A DNA stretch of 64,000 nt from Callorhinchus milii (Eukaryota), in assembly GCF_018977255.1 (NCBI RefSeq), contig NW_024704742.1:50656001-50720000 (forward strand), in the 5' to 3' direction. Positions 1 to 13,093 of the stretch are shown piece by piece. Under the pieces are notes generated by a model that searched no databases, was not told where the DNA came from, and worked only from the letters and a program-made list of their open reading frames with translations. A program made the translations under genes and the position numbers. Within the stretch, counting starts at the first letter, position 1; each line of letters opens with the position of its first letter.

Positions 1-2173
1 AAACACAAGCACGCTTTTTTATTCCAAAGCACATGGACCTTGTTTTGATTTAGGTTGTTCAAATATGTTCCACTGGTAAGAGAAGAAGTAGGTCAGAAGC
101 TTCATTATGTCTACTCCATTCACCATACGGTTGTGAGAACATGAGCTGCTACAGATCAGGGAATGTCACTCTTGCTGACCTGCTTCTCCACTTTATCTAG
201 TGGAACATTTTTCCGGAGCAGCCATAGTTTGTCTGGAACAATTTGAACTCTGTGATCCATCACGAAAGGTGTGAGAGACCGAACTCATTGAGAAGTACTT
301 AGTTAATCAGGCACGTGACTGAAATGCAGGCATTTCATGAACAGGGAACACTCAAGGTACAAAACGTCCACTTTAAGTGACCTTTTATGTGTGTGTTTCT
401 TATCAACGTCTTTCGTCATCCGTGTTTTTGTGTTCATGATGAGGACGATAAAATGAGAAGTTATCAGTATTTCCATGAAAAAGATGCCTTCCAGCGTCAA
501 GGGAGAATGATGCCAAGGCTATAACAGTGTTTAAAAGGGATATTTGGATAAATGCTTAGATTAAGTTATTCTAGAGGTCATAGGAAAAGAACAGGAAAAT
601 GGAATTAGAGCAGATGGCTCTAGTCAAGGAGTCAGCACGAACAACAATTTGCATTTATATAGTGCTCCTCAAACAGGATAGCGTGCCAGAGCACCACAAC
701 AGACTCCATGAGCTGAATGGTTTCCTTCTGTGCTCTAAACTTTTTATGATGCTTTCTGTATGACCTTTTTGTGGCATTCTTTCCATTTTTACACCTCACA
801 ATGATTGCGAGTCAGATTGACTTTCAAGTACAATATTACCATGGATTTATTTAAATTGTTGATTTATGAAGCATGCTTATCTGATGAAACTTGTTCAATA
901 AATGTGCATCTCCTTTAACTTTGGTCAATCTAAAAATGGAATCTCCAGATTTCTCTCCAAACTATTCAATCACTTTTGGATTTTACGAAGGGTCATGAGG
1001 TTTCAATAGCACTCATTGGGAAAACTGAAGTTCTTGCAGGTTGGGGTGATGAGGTTGGGTTTGTTGCTGGAGACACACATTATGTCCTGAGGTGCTTTAT
1101 CCAGCAACAAGATGCCATTTACACTTCTGCTTGTACAGTGAGCTCTTTTTAATAATAATAATCCTCGTGTTCAATATAGCTCCTTATCACATAGATGAAA
1201 CATCTCAAAGCGCGTCACTGAATATATTGTAAAGTGTGTACTTTGTGGGCGAAACTTGGCAGCCAATTTTTCAACCACACTCATAGATTTGTGAAATTTG
1301 ATATTTCTAGCTTGAAGTTGGTTGAAGAATTGTTTCGCTCCAAAAATATACAGTCAATTCACTTTGCAGTATATTCTGCAAAGCGCTTAGAGACGTCTCG
1401 AAGATGTGATAAGGTGCTACAACAAATGCAAGCATTATTATCATTATTATGATAATGAGCTCTTTTCAACCACACTCACTGCTCAGCAATGGTAGCAATA
1501 ATTGCTTTTTAGAATTGGTAACCACAAGATGTTCAGAGACTTGCTGGAAGAAGGTGTTTGTTTACCTGTGCTCAAGAAGCATGGGAAACTATCAGGTGAG
1601 AGGCAGTCCAATGGTGTATTCCATGTGGGGGTAAAGTGAGGAGAACAGCAGGTATATGTATCTGATCCTGACCCGCTCACAGTTTACTACATCTGAATTC
1701 TAACTCTACTCTAAAGCCGTTTGCGCCCAGCACCTCTTTTGATTGAAGGAATTTCCCCAATTTAAGAACAATTAATGTGATGCAGAAGCAGCAACCTTAA
1801 AAAGTGGTGATAGTGCTCGCCAAATGCATTTTGTGAATATTCCAGTAAAGGAGTAAAGGGGTCATTAACTTGGATCCTTGAGGGAAACCCTGTTAACATT
1901 TCTGGAATAATTTGAAATACCTGTAGTTGCTCTTTAATACATTTTCAGTTTTCTGTACCATATTGCAGAGTTTTACCACTCTAGGCAAAAGAGCCACCAA
2001 ACATAGTAATAAAACTGCCTTGTGCACCTGCTGATGGGAGCTACAGTATAAACACTGGTATATGACCTACCGGTCCTGCTAAGCAGTGGGGTATGCTACA
2101 GCTACATCGCCGATAGCAGATTCAGTGTTAAAGTTACACCTTCAGTCAGGTTGCTACAAACTACTGACCTTAC

Positions 2174-2303
2174 CCTAATCCAAGCTGCTTGCAGACTAGT
2201 TGGCTCAGCTCCTCCTGCCAATCATCAGCGCACACATGATAGTTAGCAGAAGACCTGTGCACAACCAGCAGAGATGAGGAATTGCCATGTTCTGACAGTG
2301 ACA
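2174..2303 (-). CDS. corin: corin exon 16 equivalent: SRCR N-half (VSLSEHGNSSSLLVVHRSSANYHVCADDWQEELSQLVCKQLGLG)
   Basis: Read manually; 130 nt, phase 1-2; tttacag|TG and GG|gtaagg; VCxDxW...CxQLG SRCR motif. Confidence 0.95.
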
Positions 2304-3139
2304 CTGTAAACAAACCACAGAGACACATACTTCAGAGCACAGCTAGTAAAATGTACGTTTGTCCCACTCTTGTGGTGAACAAAAAACAAAAAATACATGA
2401 GAGGGTGTAGGGAAAAGGTGAGGGGGTGAGATTCAACAATTGGTGAGCCATGGACACAATGGCCAAATGTTATATTATTATTAATATATTATTATATTAT
2501 TGTTATATTATATTATTAGCAAATGGCCCAATGCTGTGCTGAAAAATTCTATGATTCTATAGGGCAAATTTTGGGGGAATTCTTTATAAGTTACTTATGC
2601 TAATTAAAACAAGGAACACCTTAAGAAATATATTAATAATAATAATCCTTGCATTTGATATAACCCCTTATCATATCTTCGAGCCGTCTCAAAGCGCTTC
2701 ACAGAATATACTGTAAAGTGAATTGACTGTATATTTTGTGGGCGAGTATCATAAATTTGTTACTAATTTCTTAATTATATCCATCCTTAACCATTAACCT
2801 CTGCTCGCTGCTCCAGGCTTCATATAATGAACCTCCACAGTCAGCTCCTCCTGGTCTGGTGGCATCGAAAATAAAGACCATCCAGGAAGCTGATGAAGGC
2901 CAGGAATGTGGATATATGTCCAAAATGGAGTTTAACTCATTTCCTTTGTAAGTCGTGTATGACTTCACCTTTGAGAACAGTTTATTGGGGAGGACCAGAG
3001 CCTACCTCCCACACATAAGGTACATTTAATGTGCTAAATATAGAATGCTTTCCCCTGACTCCATTACTGTGCCCAATGCCCTTACAGTCACAGTTGTGAA
3101 GGGTTAACCCAATGCCACATTTATATCACAGCTGACAGC

Positions 3140-3435
3140 AGCCCTGCATTTAATGGTATTTCTTCAATATGAAATAAATCACATGCAAAGTCAGAAAACG
3201 TCCCAAAGTGCTTTACAGAATATTTCTTTATGTGGCCAAATCCAGCAGCCAATGTTGGCCACAGCAATGTCCCAAAAATTGCAATGGAGCGACTGATCAA
3301 ATTTTTGGAGGGGGTTATTGGTCAGGACACCAGGAGAGAGAAACTCCCTTCTCTATTCAAAAAATGCCGTGGGATCTTTAATGTCCATCTGGACAGGCAG
3401 ATGGGACTTTGGCTTGACGTTTCATCCGAAGGAAG
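3140..3435 (-). mobile_element. Deu-domain SINE (AmnSINE1/SacSINE1-like)
   Basis: Reverse complement contains TTCGGATGAAACGTC...GGACATTAAAGATCCCACGGCA...GGGAGTTTCTC...GGTGTCCTGACCAATA, as I recall for the Deu core. Confidence 0.75.
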
Positions 3436-4449
3436 ATATGACATTACCTCTGGAGTCATTTACAACCATACCCCGAAGGAGGGGAGCAGCTTCTTCAGAG
3501 GCAACAGTTCCAGATACAGGAGGATAAACAGTCCCAGTCCCATTTCCAGCTTTGCTGCATGTCAGGATTTGCCAGTGAGTTGCCAAGCCAGCAGTATGGA
3601 TAAGGGATGACTGACCCACACAGCAAGGAAAGGTCCATGGCCAGAACATTCAATTGTGACATGGAAACAACAGCAAGATACTGTGGTTTCCACCCTAGAG
3701 AGTAATAGCAGGATCTACAGCAGGATCTTCAGCGGACGGTAGAGCAAGTTCTACTGTGCAACCCTCAAACATAACAGCAACAAAACCTTAAAGGCCACTT
3801 AAGAGGAATGAGATATGCGTGTGAGAGACCACTGTCCCTACTGTTTTAGTTCTGCATTACACAGCACTGCACTAAATAAGTTGCAAGCCACACTTTGAAA
3901 CCTGACACAATCAAGATTCTTTTAAAAATAACCTTTGGTGAAGTTGAGCATTCAAAAAATAATGACTTTTTATTGTATTGCTTTGATTCAGATGTCTTTG
4001 GTTGTGACATTAACCTTCTTGATCTTCTGCAAAGTTATTATTTGAAGACAATCCTGATGAATCACAACAGTAAGTTTAAGGGAGAAGGAAGGGAAGAACT
4101 GAGCAAAGGAAGACACGGAGTTTTCTGTTCAAAACAAATGCCTTTCTCCTTTCCTGGTGCCCCTTTTACATTGGGGTTAGTCTCCAGTGCTGATTCCTTA
4201 GGGAGCCTGTTCCATTTACTATTCACTCACTGAAATAGTGTTTCTACTGATATATTTCGAATTCACCCCCTTCAATAAAGAGAGGTATTCGAAAAGTAAG
4301 GGTTTTAAGGAAATTGGAGAAAAGATGGGAAAATGGGATTAACAGATCTTCCATAGTCTAAAAATGGTGGAACAGGCAATGGTGGGACAAGTAACCCATC
4401 TCTAAAATCCTAATCAACAAAACTGTTTTCATTTTAATTTAACACTCAC

Positions 4450-4560
4450 CACAGTTCAATTCATCTGAGCCATCAGGACAATCGCTCGATCCATCACACC
4501 AAACTTTACGGGGCACACAGGCATGGCTTCTGCACTCCAGCTCATTCTCTTTGCAGAATG
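4450..4560 (-). CDS. corin: corin exon 15 equivalent: LDLa8 (SFCKENELECRSHACVPRKVWCDGSSDCPDGSDELNC)
   Basis: 111 nt; ccctgcag|CA and G|gtgagt. Confidence 0.96.
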
Positions 4561-4569
4561 CTGCAGGGT

Positions 4570-4793
<224 letters not shown>

Positions 4794-5764
4794 GACAATG
4801 AATCACAGATACCAGAACAATAAGTCTTAAAGTGTTCAAAAAGATTTCTTGTGCTTGCATATGCTATGCACAAAATTTAACTTGCTCAAAGAGGATGCTG
4901 TAATTGTTTTACAAAACATTAACACTGTGCATCTTGAAAAGATTGCCGTTCCAGTTCTGAATTGCTCAAGAATATATCAGGTGATTTTTGACCTTATTGA
5001 CAGATCAAAGGCTCGAAATTTCTCAACATCGTGGCTCAGCCTTGAATGTGGCCAATTCTTCAGTTAAACATGTATATAACATACACATTTCCTCATATCA
5101 TGCAAACACATTGCTTCCATGAAGAGCACATTGTGTGGCTATGAGAAACAGAACAGTTCACATGCCATGTGTTCTTGATTGGATTATCTCACCACTATGA
5201 AGATAGGGCAATAGAAAAAACAGTGACACTTACTCATTCAACCTATATTAAATAAATCATCAATATTATAAAAGATACACTTTAACAAAAACGAGCTATG
5301 CAGCATTATGGATGGATTGTGCCGAGGCCGTTGAGCGAGTAGTGAATTATGGATGTCTATTCACTTCTGAGACAAGCTTGTCACTATTGATTTATAGGCA
5401 CTTCACTCTTGAAGCAGTCTAGTAATTCATAGCTTCTGGGGATAACCTTCTGCTCACATAATGGAGGCTTTTGATTTTGTTTTGTGTATGTGCCCCCAAA
5501 TCCCTAATGTGTTAAAGCCTGCAGTATTCACTGTGGGGGAGGCACATTGCCATTATTCATTATGCTAAATATGCTCAGCAGATTAAGGAGGTAGTTCCTG
5601 ATGTATTTGTATTTGTTTTCAACGCATTTAACTATGAAGTTCTAGGTTGATCAAAAGCATCTAAAAAAGCGAAACATCAATAGCTATTTTAAGAGTCGTG
5701 TTCTGAGGGGAAAACAATCCATTTCGGTGAATAAAAAAAGTACATAAAGCTTGTGATAAATTAC

Positions 5765-5878
5765 AGCAATTCTTTTCATCCGCGCTGTCAACACAGTCCT
5801 GGATCCCATCACAGACCATTCTGTACTCGATACAGGTCTTCTCAGTGGGACATTCCCAGAGGCCTCGCTTAATACAAT
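5765..5878 (-). CDS. corin: corin exon 14 equivalent: LDLa7 (DCIKRGLWECPTEKTCIEYRMVCDGIQDCVDSADEKNC)
   Basis: Read manually; 114 nt; ttcccag|AT and T|gtaatt. Confidence 0.95.
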
Positions 5879-6046
5879 CTGGGAACAGAAAATGAGAAGG
5901 TAGGAGTTCCAGGACATCAGAGATTCATTTTCCAGGTTACAATGTACAGGATCGTTAAATAAATCTATTAGTTTGTTAATATCATCCTTTTCCAAATTTT
6001 TTAAAAAACCTAGCTGAAGGGCTGTTTCACTTTGCCAGAGTATTGT

Positions 6047-6495
6047 GGATCCTGTAGCTCAGTGGTTAGAGCACTCGCCTCACAAGCGAGAGGACATTGG
6101 TTTGATTCTTGGGCAGTGCAAAATGTTAGGCATGTTTCCTTACTCCACACACCTCTGTTTACCTAGCAGTAACTAGGATCCCGGTTGTTAGTCGAATGGT
6201 GGAGCCCTTTCTGAATAAATAAAATGTAAAAAAATAAGAATTTGTTCCTTCAATCCACAACTGTTTGTGGGACACTGCTGTGTGCAATTGGCTGCCACAT
6301 TTTGCCCACAAAATACCCAGTCAATTCACTTTACTTCAGCGCCTTGGGACGTCCTCCCGACGTGAAAGGCGCTCTATAAATGGAATCTTACTGTTGTTGT
6401 TGTTGTTTACAGTATATTCTGTGAAGTGCTTTGAGACGTCTTGAAGACACGATAAGGCACTATATCAAATGCAAGGATTATCATATTATTATTTG
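6047..6495 (+). mobile_element. tRNA-derived SINE with L2-type tail (composite tail)
   Basis: A-box TAGCTCAGTGG, degenerate B-box, shared body and L2-like 3' end. Confidence 0.88.
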
Positions 6496-7498
6496 CCAGA
6501 GTATTCCCAGCTCCACCTTAAAGCCCACAAGCCAGGAGCTCTCGTGTGACCTGCTTAAAACAAGCCTATCGGCTCTCAAGATCTCTTTACAGGAGACATC
6601 TGCTAAATGTCTGACTGCTGGAGATAGCTCGTGCCCTGGCCCTGAAGTGGACTCAAGATCATTCCGGGTAATATAACTTTAATCGCAGGCACTACTAGGG
6701 TGTTGTTAGTTAAATTAGCACATTATTAACAACAGCAAGGAATTTAAGCAGGGACGCTAAATGTTTGTGTGTTTACGTTAGTTGTGAATTAGTTGTTCAA
6801 TTCCCTGCCAAGCAGTGAATGCTGATGGTGGTTTCTGAAACATTGTTGAAAATGTAAGTAAGGCATTAAATTGATGCTGGAAGCCCATCTGGGATTGACT
6901 GTCAACCCTGTGACTAATTGAAATATGGGGCAATCATGGTCTGAGTTGAAGTGTTTGGATAACTTTTCATTTGTATATTTTGGAGGAGCAGAATGGATGG
7001 GAGATAAAGGCAACTGGATAACTGCAACAAGTCTTCCAGTTGTTCAGAGGATTGCAATTCAGCTTCTGCAATTAGCCACAAAAGCAAACGTCATGTCTGT
7101 TTGTAACTGGACAATTCATTCGCAGTACAAATCTGTGATATACATATGATTATACATTTATACCATTCAGCCTGTTCTTATACAAGACTGAAGGTTATGA
7201 AACATGTGTTGCTTTGGGATATCCTCCCAATGTGAAAGGCACTATCTATATAAATGTAAATTGTATTGTTTAAAAAAAGATGGGATACATGTTAAATATT
7301 TAAGCTATTTGGGGTTTATTCTACACATTAATTATTAATGCACACTGCTGAAGCTTCGTATGTATACCAACATGTCACTGTCTTATCTGGTAATCTATGT
7401 GGATCCCACAATAGCAATGTTCATTATTATATTTTGCCAGCGGAACTGTTTTTGGCACTTCTGTCATTTATTTTCGAAGCAAAGCATATAACTCTTAC

Positions 7499-7606
7499 CA
7501 CATTCCTCCTCATCACTACGATCAACACAGTCTGCCTGTCCATCACACCAGCTTGATATCAACACACACCCTCCTGAGTTACACTTGAAATGACTTGGGG
7601 AACATT
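7499..7606 (-). CDS. corin: corin exon 13 equivalent: LDLa6 (ECSPSHFKCNSGGCVLISSWCDGQADCVDRSDEEEC)
   Basis: Read manually; 108 nt; ttttgtag|AA and G|gtaaga. Confidence 0.96.
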
Positions 7607-7774
7607 CTACAAAACGAAAATAAATAACTCGTTAAAGCATGTGATTACTGACAGAGGAAGTTTTTGCCACAAGGCTCAGGCTGACTGTTTTCATAGAGAT
7701 ATAAAAGGCTTACAGCACATTGTGCCTGTGCTGGTGCAACACCTCCAACCACAGGGGTATGGGGAAACAGCAGG

Positions 7775-10700
7775 TAACCCGAGCGTCCCCCTCCACTCTA
7801 AATGTCTCTTCTCTCACCCCCCTCTATCCGCTACTCCCCCTCTGCCCTTCTCTCCCACCGCCCTCCCCGCCTTTTCTCTCTCCTCGACCCCATCACCACT
7901 TCCCTCTGCTCCAGCCTGGGCATCCTCCACCGGGCCCATCGTGGCTCCCGGCACTGGCTGTCCCAGAGCAGCAAACCCATGTGTCCAATCATTCACTCCT
8001 TCCGCTCAAACCGCCTCCTTAAGGCAAACCCAACTTTCCCCTCCCCCATACGTACCCTCCCCAACTCTCCAATCCCACTCTCTCCACAACCATCTCTCCT
8101 GTACTCCCAAAAATCCTCTCCGCATCACCCTCTCCTCTCTCTTCTCCCTCCAGAAAACCCACCCACATTTCCTTCCAAAACATCTGTTCCCTCTCAAATA
8201 AAGCCCTCACCATCCACAACCTCATCCTGGACAAGCACCTTGACATTCTTGGGCTCACCGAAACCTGGCTCTCCCCCAATGACCCCATCCCCCTAGTGGA
8301 AGCCTCCCCTCCAGGCTACACCATCCACCACACCCCCGTCCAAACCAACGTGGCGGCGGGGTGGCCTTCATTTCCAAAGCCTCCCTTGGTCTTATCCCCT
8401 ACTCCTCTGGCTGCTTCCCCTCCTGCAAGCTCCTCACCCTCTTCCACCCCTCTCTCCCATTGAAAATCCTCCTTGTCTACCGCCACCCTAAACCCCCTGG
8501 CTCCTTCCACACAGATATCTCTACTCTCCTCTCTTCCCTGTCCCTCTGCTCCGAGCGCCTGCTCATAATGGGCGATTTCAACCTCCACCTAAACTCCCCC
8601 TGCACTACTTCTGCCGACTTCACTGCCCTCCTCTCCCCCCTAAACCTCACCCTTCATATAAACTCACCCACCCACAACCATGGTCATGCCCTTGATCTTG
8701 TTATCACCCACGGCTTTGACACTTCCGACCTCAGCATATTGAACATAGCCATCTTGGACCACTTCCTCATCTCCTTTTCCTCTCACATTCCTCACTCCTC
8801 CACCAAACCCTCAACCATCCTCTAGCGCCCTTGGACAAGGCTACCCCCTGAGACCCTCACAAAGGCCCTCTCATCATCAAACATCCTATCCCTCTGGCCT
8901 TCCACCTGCAATGACCCTGAAGCAGCCGTCCAGCTGCTCCGTGATTGCCTCTCCTCCACCTTCAACTCCCTCATCCCCCTGAAATCCAGGACCCCCATCT
9001 CCAAACCCACCCGATCCCTCTGGTACAACAACCATCTCCACTGCCAAAAAACCCAAACGGGGCTGATCGAGCGCAGATGGCAGAAAACTGGCCTGACAGT
9101 TCATCGGCACCTGTGGCCCAAGCATCTCCACAGCTACCGCCGTTCTTTGACACGCGCAAAAACGGCCTTCTACTCCAACATCATCTTGGAGACAAAACAC
9201 AACCCTAAAATCCTTTTTTCCACCACCCACTACCTCCTCCGTGCCCCCCCTCAGGCCTCCTCAATCTTCATATCAAATGCCAAGTGCGAGGAGGTCATGG
9301 ACTTCTTTTCATCTAAAATACATAACATCCGCCAGGCAGCCTCATCCACCTGCCTCTTGTCACCCACCACCACGCCCTCTCTGTCCCCCTCACCCTCCCC
9401 ATCATCTGCTCCTACCACCAACCCCATCCTATGTTCCTTCCTCCCCATCTCTCCCTCCTCCCTCTCACCCACCATCACCTCCATGAAACCCACCAACTGC
9501 TGCCTTGACCCCCTCCCCACCAACTTGCTGGTCACCCAGCTCCCCCTCCTCTGCCCACTACTGGCTGATGTCATCAACCAGTCCCTCTCCTCCGGATCAG
9601 TCCCTGCTCCCCTCAAAACTGCTGTCATCACCCACCTCCTCAAAAAACCTTCCCTAGATCCCTCAAACCCCAGCCACTACCACCCCATTTCTAACCTGCC
9701 CTTCCTCGCTAAAGTCCTAGAACATGGTTGTTGCCAATCAACTTCGCGTACACCTCTCCTCCCACTTCCTCTTCGAACCCCTCCAGTCCGGTTTCCACCC
9801 TGCCCATAGTACAGAGACTGTGCTTGTGAAAGTCACAAACTGCATCCTTTCTATCTGTGACCAGGGCTCCTTTGGCCTCCTTGTCCTCCTGGACCTCTCT
9901 GCTGCATTCGACACAGTCGATCACGCTATCCTCCTACATCACCTTTCCTTCATCATCCACCTGTGGGGTACCCCAAGGATCCATCTTGGTTCCCTCCTCT
10001 TTCTGATCTACGTGCTCCCTCTTGGGGATGTCATCCACAGACATGGGGTACGTTTCCACATGTACACGGACGACAGCCAACTCTATTTTCCCACTTCTCT
10101 TTCTGACCCCCAGTCCCCTGATGTTCTGTCAGCCTGCCTGTCAGATCTCAGGGGCTGGATGAGTGCAAATTTCCTTCAGCTGAACGTTGACAAGACGGAA
10201 GCCATACTCTGGCTCTCGTCAATGTCTAAAATCTCACGGCTCTCACCTCCTCCACCTACCTGACACCCCCTAAATCTCTCCGAACCCATACCCAACCTAG
10301 GTGTCAGATTCAACCCCCAATTATCCTTCCTCCCCCACATCCAGTCCCTCACCAGCACTGCCTTCTTCCACCTCTGACGCATCGCCCGTTTCCGCCAATA
10401 CCTCTCTCTGAAAGCCACTGAAACCCTGGTCCATGCCTTTGTCACCTCTCGGCTGGACTATTCTAATGCCCTCCTCGCCGGTCTCCCATCCGCTACCATC
10501 CATAAAATCCAAATCATTCAAAACTCTGCCGCCCGCATTCTCACCGGCAACAAACTCCGCTCCCCGATCACCCCAGTCCTTGCCAGACTGCACTGGCTGC
10601 CTATCCCAGAGAGGATCGACTTCAAGATCCTCACCCTTGTATTCAAATCCCTCCATTCCTCTGCACCCCCTACCTCTCTGACCTCCTCTCTCCTCAAAAC

Positions 10701-11010
10701 AGTATCCATTGTCTTCATTCCTCCGGTTCTGGCCTCCTCCTTGTCCCCCGAGTCCTCCGCTCCACCCTTGGCAACCGTGCCTTCAGCCACATGCCCCGAG
10801 GCTCTGGAATTCCCTTCCTCACTCCCTTCACCTTGTCCCTCTCTTCCTATTTTCAGATCCCTGCTGAAGACCTTTTTTTTGACTGCGCCTTTGGTCACCT
10901 TCCTCCCCCTCCCCCTGGCTCGACCCCGGAATCCGTTACTGTGAAGTGTTCTGAGACGCTGTCCGGCATGGAGGGCGCTGTATAAATCCAAGATGTTGTT
11001 GTTGTTATTG
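7775..11010 (+). mobile_element. L2-clade LINE, near-complete but disrupted ORF2 (APE endonuclease + RT) and 3' tail
   Basis: LTETWL, GGGVA, IMGDFN, HALDLV, DHFLI (APE); LLDLSAAFDTVDH, PQGSILG, HMYTDDSQLY, LNVDKTE (RT); frameshifts and stops; (GTT)n tail. Confidence 0.95.
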
Positions 11011-11060
11011 TAAATTTCCGATTTAGTGCTGATCTGTAAGCTTGCATTGATAGGACTAAC

Positions 11061-11206
11061 CTTCTACATTCTCATCAGGCATCAGACAGGTCTGATTGTC
11101 CAAATTTTCCCTTGGGAACTGATTGCAGTCCGTGCCATCAGGCCAAGATAGTCCAACCAGGTTCAGCAGTTTCTGACAACGCTCCTTGGAATTCTCACAC
11201 AAAGAC
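11061..11206 (-). CDS. corin: corin exon 12 equivalent: Frizzled CRD 2, C-half (SLCENSKERCQKLLNLVGLSWPDGTDCNQFPRENLDNQTCLMPDENVE)
   Basis: Read manually; 146 nt, phase 2-1; ctttcag|G and G|gttagt. Confidence 0.96.
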
Positions 11207-11819
11207 CTGAAAGCAACACAAATATCTATTAGGATGTAAAATGGGAATTCAGCTACCAGGCAAACAACAACCTATGTTGGTACAGTTCCTTTCACATAAG
11301 AAATGTCTCAAAATACTTTACACTAAGAATAATTAGAAATGTGACTGTTATCATTCGCCTACAAAATACAGAATCACTGCACTTTACAGTAAATCCTGTA
11401 GCGTGTTCTCCTGACGTGAAAGGCTCCATATCAAATGCAAGGATTATCATATAGTCAAATTGGTTGCTAATTTGCTCCAGCAATATCTTATGCACAACAA
11501 TGAGATTACTTAAATTAATGAAACACATAAAAGAGATTATGATCTGGAAATAAATAATAAACGTGTATTTGATATAGAATGGTATGTAGGCAAATGGAAC
11601 AACAGGTCTGTGACTTCAAAATCCTAGAAATAGCACAAAGGTCACAGGCAATTAAGTTAATTTGCCTGTTACAGATATGAGAAAAGAATGTGCTAACATT
11701 TACAGAACCATGATGGAGAGTGTTGGTTGTGTTGCACGCTGCAATTGGATTAACACAGATCTTTTTTCTTGAAGTTCTGGACTGGAATAATGCTCTCAGT
11801 CAGTTATTCTTACCAACGA

Positions 11820-12032
11820 TAATAATCCCTCCAAAAAAACAAAACAATAATAAATTGGTCATTTTCAATCCATGACTGTTTCTAGGACATTGCTGTGCGC
11901 AGTTGGCTGCCATGTTCGCCCACAAATATACAGTCAATTCACTTTACAGTATATTCTGTGAAGCCCTTTGGGACGCCTAGAAGACGTGAAAAGCGCTATA
12001 TCAAATGCAAGGATTATTATTATTATTAATAA
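11820..12032 (+). mobile_element. 5'-truncated SINE (one of many tail copies, e.g. ~2636, 14970, 22630, 23600, 38730, 43385, 49300, 54380)
   Basis: cagtcaattcactttacagtatattctgtgaagc...tatcaaatgcaaggattatt signature. Confidence 0.85.
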
Positions 12033-12064
12033 TACATGTTCAATGGCCAAGGCCCTCTGATTAC

Positions 12065-12296
12065 CTGCAAGGAGGGATCCCCTGATGAGTCTCATCATCA
12101 CACTTCGGCACAAGGATGGTGCATACGAAGAACATGAGGTACTTGTAACAGTTGGTCTCGACAAGGGTTGGGAACACAGAAAATGCCTTGCTTAATAACA
12201 CCTCTTTCTGGTTCCTATGGCCCATGAAGTTGGGGTAGATTGTGGAGTTGTATGGCTGATTCATGCAGAGTTCCAGAGAAATGGGCTCACATTTAC
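12065..12296 (-). CDS. corin: corin exon 11 equivalent: Frizzled CRD 2, N-half (KCEPISLELCMNQPYNST...NCYKYLMFFVCTILVPKCD...IPPCR)
   Basis: 232 nt, phase 1-2; ttcttcag|GT and AG|gtaatc. Confidence 0.97.
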
Positions 12297-12700
12297 CTGA
12301 AGAAGAAGAACATTTAAATGCATTTTTCTTTTCCATGACTCGAGTTTTGAAACCTTTGACAATGTGGATGTAAAGCAAAAAAAAGACACAAGGTTTGTTG
12401 TTATACTGTCTTTAAAATTGAAACTGCAGGTCTGTATTACTATAAGGCACTAAAAGGAAATGTATTTCCACTTAAAAACATAAGCAGACTTCCAATTGAT
12501 GATATCCATGGTACGTTCACCTAGAAAATACACACCCACTACATTCAAGGATACAGTATATCCTGTGAAGCATTTTGAGACACTTCAGCAATGTGATTAG
12601 GTGCTATAACAAATGTAAGGATTATTATTACTATTATTTTATGGCTTTCTATTCAACTATCTCAAACGTGCATCATTCAAATTGATTGGATCTAACTTAG

Positions 12701-12808
12701 TGCAGTTCATTCTATTACTTTGATCTGCACAACTAGAGCTTCCATTGCATGGATCAGCACAGGAATGTCCTACACAGGATTGAGCTCCTTCTTTACAAGG
12801 GCTCTGAT
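12701..12808 (-). CDS. corin: corin exon 10 equivalent: degenerate LDLa5 (DQSPCKEGAQSCVGHSCADPCNGSSSCADQSNRMNC); donor is non-canonical CT
   Basis: 108 nt; ctggcag|AT acceptor; the expected donor reads A|Ctaagt; 6 Cys without SDE, as in mammalian LDLa5. Confidence 0.88.
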
Positions 12809-13093
12809 CTGCCAGAGAACATAGAAAAAACAGGTGTGATTGTTGTTGACAACATGCAATCTTGATCAAACGGTCAGGAAATTCTATTCATGCCGTTCTT
12901 TGGTCAACCCATCACAAGGTAATCTTGAGATATACAGGAAAAGCAATCCTATATATTGCTTTTACAGTTCAGTTTTAATTCTGAAACTGGTTTTGAAGCC
13001 AATCTATTCAAGAACCATGGCAATTGTAGAACTTTCCAAAATTCTGCACGATCTTGGATTTTAACATGAGGAACGTCAGGCCTCAGATGTATA

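Noticed and set aside
1483..1700. Possible next corin exon (cag|gtaaac donor near 1565)
   Set aside because: No frame resembles the SRCR C-half; the next exon probably lies outside the window
7775..11010. Active LINE or domesticated RT gene
   Set aside because: Multiple frameshifts, stops, YADD changed to YTDD, and an internal deletion
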